Source: Antedon mediterranea (lineage: Eukaryota; Animalia; Echinodermata). From it: a DNA stretch of 64,000 nucleotides. Numbering within the stretch: the stretch's first letter is position 1; every line of letters begins with the position of its first letter. Shown here in pieces: positions 13,701-25,700 of this stretch. The translations under genes and the position numbers were made by a program. The notes under the pieces were generated by a model, which searched no databases, was not told the origin of the DNA, and saw only the letters and a list, made by a program, of their open reading frames with translations. The stretch spans positions 13,316,795-13,380,794 of the forward strand of contig NC_092670.1 in assembly GCF_964355755.1 (NCBI RefSeq), given 5' to 3'.

Positions 13701-16700
13701 TGTCCCTTGTATTCGCATGGACACTCATCTGTAGTACGTATACACATACCCCAGGTGTCATCACGATAATAACCATCTTCACAAGGACAACGGTTACAGT
13801 GCTCTACAACAGGACAAGGTGCCTCATCGGTAGAAATATCACAACCAGCATCGCAGTTGCACTCTTCTCCACAAACTGATTTTGAATAGAAATTTATATA
13901 TTATTATTTAAATAATACTTGATTTAGTAAATTGATTATTACATCTATTATATAACAATGGCATTTAAAATTATATAATATCAATATAATTATAAAAACT
14001 TAAATGTACCATAACAATATTAGTTTAAAAAAAAAACTTTACAACAACTTTATTTAGCAAATTATTTTCTTTCAAAAACTATTTCTAGGATCTGCAGAAA
14101 CAAAATTACTTATTGTTGTAGTAATAATTTCAGTAGTAGTTGGCATCTCTGTTGTGGTTGTTGGCATCACTGTTGTTGGTGGCATCTCTGTTGTTGGCAG
14201 AATTGTTGTGGTTGTTGGAGGCATCTCTGTTGTTGGCAGAATTGTTGTGGTTGTTGGAGGCATCTCTGTTGTTGGCAGCACTGTAGTGGTTGTTGGTGGC
14301 ATCTCTGTTGTTGGAAGCACTGTAGTGGTTGTTGGTGGCATCTCTGTTGTTGGCAGCACTGTAGTGGTTGTTGGTGGCATCTCTGTTGTTGGCAGCACTG
14401 TAGTGGTTGTTGGTGGCATCTCTGTTGTTGGAAGCACTGTTGTGGTTGTTGGCATCTCTGTAGTTGTTTGGGTTGTAGGTTCTGTAAGTAGAAATAATAT
14501 TTTAAACGACTAAAAGTGTAATTATTCATACTGTTTAATATTCATAATTCAATTCATTAACATCTTTAATCATAGGGGGTGACAACACATCATAGTAAAT
14601 ACATTTTTGAAGACAATGAACTTACAGTATAGCAATCGCTATACTGTAAGTTCATTGTCTTCAAAAATGTATTTACAATGATGTGTTGTAATAAGCACTG
14701 TGAAAAACCATTATCATAAAAATAGGTCATATAGGTTTAAATCTAAAAACTTACCATACTCAATACATCCGACAAATTCAAGTGTTACTGATAATATGTC
14801 AACTGAAACACTCTCAATCATAATTTCTACATCAGTTACATCCTTAATTCCATCTCCAGGGAATAGGACTCTGTTGCTGCCAGTAAGATCTTTTTCAAAA
14901 ACCTATGGGCATATGAATCACACAATTATATTTGTCAAATTTGTGTTACTGTCAAACTGTTTTATTTTCCTTTAAGTTTAAATACTTTACCAACAAAGAT
15001 GGCTGGACGTCTCGTTTATGTTGAGTCTCCCATATTGTAGGAAGATAAACGCCATACATTACTTCGATGACAATTGTTTTATAAATATTAGATTTTGTAC
15101 AGTATTAAAAATTAAAGTGGTACAGAAAACAGGAATTTTTCTTTTACTGTAGTCCCAAAAATGTCACAGACAGATGTTAATCACTGAGAACTTGCAAGGG
15201 AAGGACAAAATGTTGACCTAAGCTTAGGGCTAAACTTACCAGAGGAGTATCACTATCATCTACAATTGTTGTCAAATCCTCATCTCCCTTGCGTGCATAT
15301 TTAACTGTAAAAGACACACTTCCTTCACCTTCACTCTTGATATCAATTCCTGTTACTCTTAATGGCTGTGTGTAAGTAACCTTTAACCAATCATTTGGGG
15401 TAATATCCCATCCACTAGTCATGGATTCTGCATCTTTACCATCATTGGTTGTTCGTACTTTTTCCAAGCCTTCCTTAATTTGACGCAGAGGTTCAACACA
15501 TTCTAATAAATAAAAAATAATTTGTTTGTACCAAGTCAATTCTATGAATGCCATCTTGGCAAACTAGTAAGTAGTGAGTAACTTTATTGCCTTTCAATTT
15601 CTATTCTTGTATATCGTATTTAAATTAATCAATTAAATGATAATAAAAAAATAATATATTAATTTACCTAACACTGTAGTTGACAGCATTGTTGTGGTTG
15701 TTGGCATCTCTGTTGTGGTTGTTGGCATCTCTGTAGTTGTTGTTGGCATCTCAGTAGTGGTTGTTGGCATCTCAGTAGTGGTTGTTGGTTGCATTGTGGT
15801 GGTTGTTGGTGACATTTCTGTTGTTGTTGGTGGCATCTCTGTTGTGGTTGTTGGCATCTCTGTTGTGGTTGTTGGTGGCATCTCTGTTGTGGTTGTTGGT
15901 GGCATCTCTGTTGTGGTTGTTGGCATTGCTGTTGTTGGTGGCATCTCTGTTGTGGTTGTTGGCATCTCTGTTGTTGGTGGCATCTCTGTCGTGGTTGTTG
16001 GCATCTCTGTTGTGGTTGTTGGCATCTCTGTTGTTGGTGGCATCTCGGTTGTGGTTGTTGGCATCTTTGTTGTTGGTGGCATCTCTGTAGTGGTTGTTGG
16101 CATTGCTGTTGTTGGTGGCATCTCTGTAGTGGTTGTTGGCATCTCTGTGGTGGTTGTTGGCATCTCTGTGGTGGTTGTAGGCATTTCAGTAGTGGTTGTT
16201 GGCATTACTGTTGTTATTGGAACTACAAAAAAGAAAGCATAATTTATTAATTGTAACTATACAAAAGCCTCATATTACTTCAAGTAATTGATGGAATATA
16301 AACATAATAATTTAATACGTTTATTTAGTAAAATAACCTTTTTTATATTTTGCAAAACAATAGTACAGTCCTATCCTTGCACAACATTTAGATGCATTTG
16401 GTTTCCCAGAGCATGTCTTTTTTAAATAATGCATTTTAGGTAGTAGAAAGAAACTTTTGAGCGAAAAATTAAATTTTATATTTACAGTAAAACCACATTC
16501 ATGAAATTTATTTGAAATTAAAATTAACGTACCGTTAGTTGCACATCCACGTAGTCCCACAGTAAAGGAGAAATCTGGCGTTGCATTAATATCTAAAATT
16601 CTTAAAGAAATTGATTTGATATTTTCAAGTCCAGTTCCAGGTAGATCAAACTTCTTCATTTCAGAACTTATGTCAACATGGAATTGCTATAAAAAAAAGG

Positions 16701-19700
16701 TACAAATGTAATATTAGGATAAGAAATGTTATATTTGTGAATCAAGTTATTAACTTTAATCCTTTTGATATTTAGATTTTGGTCATAGATTTTATGTTAA
16801 AATGTTTTCTTTAACATGTACGTATAATGCATATATCATGGATGTATTAATGTTATTAAAAACATGCTATCACACGGGTATTTATCTAAATATCTGGCTG
16901 TGCCATAGGTAATTTACGCAAGCATCCACGTATGTATGTTCGGCTAATCTATATTTTAACAGGTAACTGAGCTGATATTTGTTTAAATAAATATACGATA
17001 ATATTGCCCTCTTAGCAAATGATACAATAATGATGGAAATTGAATGTCTGTAATGCTCTAGATCTAAAATTAAAATAAGTTGTACTTACAATTATTACAT
17101 TGTTATTGTCTCTTAGAGGTACTGCTGATGTGCTTCCCACAGGTATGTAAGAAACTACAAATTTGTACGATCCTGATCCCCTATTAACGATATCCACTGC
17201 TGTTACACGGGTCAACTTGGAGAATTTAATGTTGATAGAGGTTGGTTCGTCCACAGTAAGTGGGTCGACAGAGCCAAGGTATGAGCTTCTTAAACTGTCC
17301 ACTATATCATTAATCTTTCGAGATTTTTCAATTTCTCCGACAAGTTTAGATATTTCTTCATAACACTCTGATGAAAAAATTGTTTATAATTTTTACGCTA
17401 GTCAATGGAATTTTATAAACATTTTTAAAAAAGAGAAATAATAAATATATAATTTAAAAATAGGGGCATTTTGTACATAGTAAAATATGAATAATAATTT
17501 ATTTTAATTAACACTCCATTTGCCAACAGCCATGTTTAAACTGTTTTTATCAAACTTGCTTAGCAAAAAAAAAAATTCTAGACTTATTTTTTAAGTCAAT
17601 TATTTTGTTTAAGTCAGATTTTAAAATATTCAAATGCAATATATTTTCTTAAATCTTAGATAGAAAAAGAGCTGCTTTGAATCATTGTAATCACTTCTGA
17701 ACTACCTTGACTTAAACAAAAAGATGCCAGCCAATGTAGGCAATCAAATGATATACACTATTTATACTACATTTCTAGTCTCTACATCAAAGTAAAGTAA
17801 GTATACGATGGTATAGTCCTTTAAAAAGGTACATGAAAGCTAAATATTTATAAGCATTAGATGATTGATAATAAAAATAATAATTCTACCTCGTTCTGTA
17901 GTTGTAGGCATTGTTGTAACTGCAAAAAAATATAAACACATACATTCAATGCAATGTAACAAATTAGTAGTGGAGCTGTTAATGCGCTTGCCTTGCAATC
18001 CCAAGGTTCAATCCTGACCTAATGTTTGGGTTGTAAGTATATTGACTCTTTCTACTCTACTCCAAGACTCAAATGAGATTTTTTACAAACGTTATATATT
18101 AAAGTTTATCTGTCTGTAATAGAGTTTCGTGCTGTTGGATGTGTATAAAAAACACAAAATCTAACACTCTTAATAAACTCTATAGCATCGTCAATGAAAC
18201 CATAACAATATTACGTAAATAAGAAATGTAAACAGACCTGTTGTTGTTTTTGTAGTTGTAACAATTGTTGTAGTTGTGGGACATTCTGGTGGGACTACAC
18301 AGCGGCCATTACTGTTATAATATCCCTCTTCACAGTCACAATATTCAGGTCCACATCTTTCCAACTTAGGACATGATGCTTCGTAGCCACATCCAACGCG
18401 GCAAACACAACGTTCTTCACACACTAAACATAACAGTTGAATTTTTATTTTTAAAATAACACATGTTGCAAAATAGACAAAGGGTAGACTAGGCCTCACT
18501 AATGAGTGCCATCATTCTAACAAGTTCTGAATTAAATGTTTGGCCCCATTTATACTGTTTTTGGAACTAGTGATTTTGCAAAATGCATTAACCAAAATAT
18601 ATGAGACTGAACACTACCTATAAAAGAAATAAGCAAAATTTAGACTTAAGTCAGAGTAATGTGGAATCATGTTACTTATTTGGATGAGCATAGTTATCTA
18701 TATCTAACTTTGGCACATATATATTTGGCCCATCTGCCATAGAAATGTAAATAAGAGTCTGTTCAGACCTACTGTGTTATGTGCACGACATACATACTGA
18801 ACAAGGGAAAGATTACTCGAAGCCACCTTTTTACGTCTCTGGTCTTTTCTTTATAAAAGCTCAATAAGATTTGATTTCGACCTTAGTCAAGTCACCATTC
18901 AAATTTTATTTTTAAAATTTGTTTTAATGTTTTTTATCGGTGACCATTCAATTTATAACAAAAGTGTTAGTTAAAAGACTCTGAACACTTATTTTATGAT
19001 GCTGTTATGTGACAACACTCTATAGGACATACTCTAAGGCCCTGTTCAGACCCATGGCGTTAGACCGTTTTAGCGTACGACGCTAAAAGAATGTGTGTCT
19101 GAACAGTTGGGGATTAGCGTACAACGCGTCGTACAACGGTTGTAGCGTTGTAGTGGAAAACGGTTGATAGTACCGTTTTAGCGTACGACCCTACTGTAAG
19201 TCAACGTTGTATCCAATCAGAACGTTTCCTGTTATGACGCGAAACAAGGTTTGACCTAGGCTGACATCTTGTATCGTCAATGTGTGAGATGGATTTCAAT
19301 AACAAAAAGGCCAGAATAAATAAGGCCTAACTACACTACAAATACAACTGTTACAAAGGCTACAAACCATTATCAACTGATTACCATTATATTTTCTAAC
19401 AAATGACATAAATACATTCACCTTGTATTTAAACATAGGGACTATGATCCCATCCGCTTTTAGGCCTAGCTAGGCCTAGAGCCATTCACGCATTTCATTC
19501 AAGCTAAAAACTAGCGTGGGACATCAAGTCACTCATTCATACAAGGCAGACTAGACTGGACAAGTTTAATGCTGAAAACCCCCCTAACTCCTAAAAATAT
19601 CAGTAAACAAACAAGGGGTGTCCCTTTTATTAGCAAGTTAAGGGTTATTTTCAACCGACTGGATTAAAGAATATATATCTTTGACTGGACTGGATAGACT

Positions 19701-22700
19701 AATCACAATCATTTTTTTCTTCATCATATTACGAGGCCTGCTTTATTTTCGTAACACAAGAGCCTGGGGAAAATGTTTTTTACTACAAAATAAAAACAAT
19801 AGAAACAGAAATTTGGCTTTACTATATTTTTCTTAAATAAATGCTGAGGTATGTTTTATTTACGGCAAATTTTGTCATAATTGTAGGGCTGAGATCTAGG
19901 CCTATATACAGTGGAAATAATGATGAAAACACGTGGGTAAGAGCACATAAATATGCAACTAGAAACAACCCGAATGACGTACTTCCGTTGTAACGATAAT
20001 CGTACGCTATGGGTCTGAACACCTCGTTTTTTTCTCTGCGGTTTGTAACGTGACCTTGATAGTAACGTTGTACGCTAAAACGGTCTAACGCCATGGGTCT
20101 GAACAGGGCCTTAGATGTTTGATATTTGAGTGTCCTTGAATCTTTAAAGTAATCTACTAACCTGGTCTTGTAGTTGACGGATATGGAGTAGTTGTTGGTG
20201 CAATGGTGGTATGTGTGCAGTTGAAGTTCAAAGGTTCTATGAAAGATAATATACATATTTTAATTACTCAAACAGCAGTATGCAGCCGTATGTTTATATC
20301 TTAAATACATTTACAACAAAAGAAAAATAATAACAAGTATATACAAGTTGACTTTAGGATAATACTGCTATAATGTATAATTTTAGTTCGTGTAAATTAG
20401 AGGTTTATGAGGAAGACACTGCAATAAACAGTGTATATAATTAATTAATTGATATAAAAAATCATTATTATGATATTATATTCGATATTATACCCAACTA
20501 CTATCTCCATTTCTTTATGCAAAACATCATTAGAATAAAAGAACAAATCACACATCTACACATAATCAAACATCGTATACTCTCTCTCATCTCTAACAAT
20601 TTTTTCAATCTTCTATCGACTAAAGCCGAAGTATAGTCGTTATCTCGGGACCGTTCTGTGGTTACCACCAGGTAGGCTTACTTCATCAATGCTTCTATGA
20701 ATGCATGTACTGGTTGGGAGCAGAAAAACCATACCCAGTACCGTTTTGATTACGATCAATCGGGAAATTACCTCACGACCCAAAAAGAGGTTGCTATGTG
20801 ATGTCATAACAAGTATACCAACAAATTGAATGTAGCTGCAGTACTGTATGACTAGTAGATTAATTTTGGCATGGTCACTTAATGAGTTACACTAACATTC
20901 AGCTAACATTTATAAATAAATTTTGACAATATACTTACTGCAGTAGCAACAAATAGTTGGTCCAGAAACCAATTCATAGCCCTTGAAAATAAAAATATGT
21001 TATGTAATTGAAATTACTAAATATATCTTTTAAACCCTCTTATTCATCTGTACATAAAGAAGGAATATGAGGACAATATCTTGCGTAGAAGATGTTTCTG
21101 TTATGTTTCTGCTATGGCATTTTGAGTGGAGTCCATAGGCCTATTTGAAATGAGAGCATTTGTAATGTTTACACAGGTAGGGATCCTATTCAATAGACAT
21201 ACATGTATCCATAAACAAATCCAATTGCTTCTTCCTCATCACACAATGAATGTGTTCACCAAGTTTCTTCGATAAGTTTGCTGAGATATAGAAAGATTTT
21301 GCAATAGACAAATAGAAACCAACAATTTTCTTACCTCTTGGCAGGTTCTTGTACACCTGTCAACACAGTTAACATCATATTCACCAGAATCAATATTACA
21401 CTCGCATTCCTTACATTTTTCGGGGACAAATTTGATTGAATCAGGCTATAAAATGAAATATGGCAACGTTATGAATATTTCAATGTAGGAAATGTAGTTT
21501 ATTTTACAGTAGTGAAACTAAAAATTAGTTGCTCTATTCTTAAATTTCAAATAATGTAGAGTGTGAGAGAGTACATAAAAACAGCAAATACATAGAACTT
21601 CACTTTAGAAAAATAAATTTTCAATTTAAATTAGACAGTCTGTAAAACTAAGTAGATAATAATCAATCAATCACAAATACATTGTTTTATTCCATAATTA
21701 ATTAAACATTAGGTTATGTACAAAACATCATCAGAATCTATGGAATAAAGAACTCAAAATAAATATGAGGGCTCTTTAGGAGTGCCAAACAGGGAGCCTT
21801 TGCTGCATGCGTTACGTCACTGCATGTATTCGATATTCAAATAAATCTCTGCACATATAAATTACAGTGTTATACAGTGCTTGATTATTTTGGAATTACT
21901 ATTATCATGTACTATATTTTAAATTTACTTACCACACATGTTTCAGAAGAGCATCCTAAATGTGTAACACAATTCCAATTATACCCTCTAACGCCGTCCA
22001 TTTCACATGTGCATTCTTCACATGATTCTGTGTAGCTTTCTCCAGGCTAACATTCAAAATTACAAAAATAAATATCAGTAATTTAAAGTGTTGTAATGTA
22101 ACGGAATGAAAGAAACTTTGACGTGTCAAGTCCAAAAGAAAAAGCAAAGTTGTGAGCTACGATTGGTCTACTAGATTAGTATTAGAGTTCAGCTTTCGAT
22201 TTTCGACGACAAGCCTACCAAATTACGTCATGAGATTGGAATGTGGGTCCCCGCTCCCCACCACCTCAACACAGGTTTGATGGTTTCAAAGTCCAGGCGA
22301 CAACCAAAGATGCATCGATTGATCTGACCTAGTTATATTGTCGTTCATCGGAAATCGAAAGCTCTTTATTGAATAGGACCAAGAATAAAAATATAGAAGC
22401 ATGATCAAAGAGACTTGAACCTGTGCCGTATGTATGGCTATGGTTTGTTACCCCCTGTCTTAACCTCGCGACTGGTGTGGATCAAGAACGTTGCTCTATC
22501 ACTAAACTACACAACAAAACTATCAAATTATTATTTCATTAATTACATACCTGATAAAGTGTATCTCTGTGCTCGCATATAAGAGCTAAAAGAAATATAA
22601 AAAAAGGAATTAAAAAAAAATTAAACGTTTGAAACTACTACAAACAGTATTTTATTCTAAACATGAAATCATTTTTTTAAAATTAAGATTAATTAAGTTA

Positions 22701-25700
22701 AGAATGTATCATTAGACTTACATAATACTTTCTACTACAACAAATGAACATCATAACATTGTCAACTTAAACCAATAATGATATAACTAGGACAATTGGG
22801 TTACAAACAATACACAATGGATTTTTTGTGTGCCTATCTACTGGAAGATAAACAGTTTACTAGCAGAAATACAGTTCTAATTCATTGGAGGAGAGTGGGG
22901 TGTGTTGAGTGGTACTGTATCTAGATTTTTCCAGTATCATAGGAATATTTGGTACTACAACATCACATATATCTCATATCAATTATCAAACATAACCTAA
23001 CTTTTCACCTTACCTTACATGATACAGGCACCACATGTGATGACAAACAAGATACTGTATTATAAAACTATTCTTAGATATTTAGCAAATATTTGGAGAT
23101 ACAGCATTCAGAATCAGGTAGTAGGGGAATCTTCAACAATCTTTTACATTGTTGTAGATGAAATTTAAGAAAATCAAAAGAGAAAATCAACAATATAACT
23201 TACATGGTAGAGTAAAATACTCAGTGGGTGGAGGAACAGTTGCTAAAAGAAACAAAGAGTATCACAATCATTTTATTTGGTTATTGCATTGTAAAATGTT
23301 GGGCCTTATTAACGATAATTCATTATGTAATGTACTAGACTTCAGAGATCCCAACCTGGGAAAATAGAATATCAGGATATTTTTTGAAAGCTAGATCCTG
23401 CAGTGGTAATAATACATGTATGCACTATTTGTATTTGTATTTGTACTGTATTATAATGTATTCCAAGTGTGCTTTCTTATATATCATTCATAATATATAT
23501 ATATGACAGAGAGAAAATAAATATTATTAATTTTAGTATACAGTACTTACCAATAGTTCTACATACAACACCAGCATCTTCATCATGACCACAATTGTGG
23601 TCCGTGTTGATACTTGAGCATTCTGCAATATTATTTTCATATCCTGTACATCCAACGTCATCAAACATAATATCAAATGTTCCTTGACCATAATGAGCAC
23701 CAGGCACTGCTTCAACTGCTTCAGGATAGCCTAGCATTCTACAAACAACATGTGCGTCATCAAGATCCCAGTAATCATCGCATACAGTTCCCCAATTGCC
23801 ATCAATATTTACTTCAACCCGACCTTGACTGCTAGTTGCACCATCAACGAGTCGAACATATACATTATCTGTTTTTTTTTTAGGAAAAAAAAGTTTTAAC
23901 TTTTAAAAAATTCATTTTAAATTTAAAAATTTAAAATGAATTTTTTAACTTATCAAATAAATTGTTATACACAATACAATTTACTAATAAATAGAACATA
24001 TTTTAAATAATTAAAAAAACAGAGGAATCAAAGGAGAAAAAGAAAGGTCACTAGGGGAGAGAGTGAGAAAGGGGGAGAGAGAAAGTTATCTGTGACAAAA
24101 GAGTAGCACTAAATATAAGCAAGGTAAAACAGGATGCTGTGTTTTGGGTTATCTGTGACTGCAACACGATCAGTTCCACACCCCTTAACAGATACCATGC
24201 ATCGTACATATTACAGTACTGTTGTTGTTGGAGCCAGACATAAGATCAATCAAACCCATAACAAAAAGTCTTAGTAGATATAGCTCTATATCAATTAGCC
24301 TTATAAGTTATCGCCTTAATAGATATAGCTCCATATTACCTATTAAGGTACCTACTAATAAGTAGATTTTGGGCAGATTTTAGATAGGTCCTAATAGGTT
24401 TTAACTCATTAGCATAATTCAAAATCCCCACTAATAGTATTAGATAGATTTTTCACTATTTTTAATCTGTGAGTAACACAGTTGTATATATCTATCTATT
24501 GTCTACTTACAATAGCTATATCAAGGGCTACCAGCAACCTATTAATAGACATAAACAAACTGATAATAGCCAGTAACTGTTAATAAACTATCTATTTTAT
24601 ATAATAGATAGATATGGACTACCAGGTAGATATTAGAAATCTATGAGTATCATATCTATCAACTGTCTACTTATAATAGCTATACTAGGGCTACCAATAA
24701 CCTATCAATAGACTGTTAACAAATAATTAATAGTCAGTAACTATTAATCAACTATCTATTTTATATAGCGGGGAAGTAGTCATTCCATCGTTGACTCATT
24801 GAGTTAAAATCCTTAGTAGGCGAGATAAAAAGGTCTACTTAAAAACTATTAGGGCTACTAAAAATAGAGCTATTTCTACTTACGGCTACTTAAATCTACT
24901 AATTTTTTTTGCTTTGGGAAGGACTGTTACAAGTTCCTATATTGGAAAGTTATGCCAAGTTTCTCGCTGACCACCCTTGTAAAATATTGTTGAAATAAAT
25001 AAATAGATAATGAAATGTTTGTGAAGAACCACGTTCCCTATTTTTATGAATACATTTCGTAATTCTATCCATTTTTTTAAATAGTTGCATAATAATTCTT
25101 TTCACAGTACATTTTCATACCTTGGTTGTGCAAACATGCAACTCTCCTTGCTATAGTCAAATTCTGTTATGCAACTACTTATATGTAATATTATTTGTAT
25201 TTTGTTTGTTTCTTTTGATATGGACTTGCTCCAAAATAAAATTGAATTAATGTATAAGCATATATTAGATGAACAGAAGGTAAGGAAGGTGAGGCTTGGA
25301 CAAATTGGACTTTTTGTAGATGAAAAAAGAGCACTACTGAGAAAGATATGAGAGATCAAAAAATGGTTAATGGATGTTGCAAGGGACAAGATGAAGACGA
25401 TTATGAAGGGAGAAGAGGATGAAGAAGGCAGGAGGAAGAACGTTTAGTAACTGAAAAAGAGAACAAAATTCCTGAAGATAATTAACAATTAAAAATGTAC
25501 ACTTGAGTGTAAGTCTTACTTGCACAAATTACACTAGCATCTTCATCATGTCCACAATTGTGAGATCTTAATTCACTTTTGTCGCAATCTTTAATGCTGA
25601 TCTCACTTCCTACACATGCCACATTGTCATACAAAATATCACCAGATCCTTCACCGTAAGCAGCAGAATGTGCATATCCAATAGTATATGAAAAGCCAAG

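Noticed and set aside
19822-20256. 144-aa minus-strand ORF
   Set aside because: It is read-through across a MITE end and an out-of-frame small exon.
25102-25445. Purine-rich stretch with short ORFs in an SRCR intron
   Set aside because: Possibly a decayed element, but no recognisable domain, termini or splice-compatible exon.
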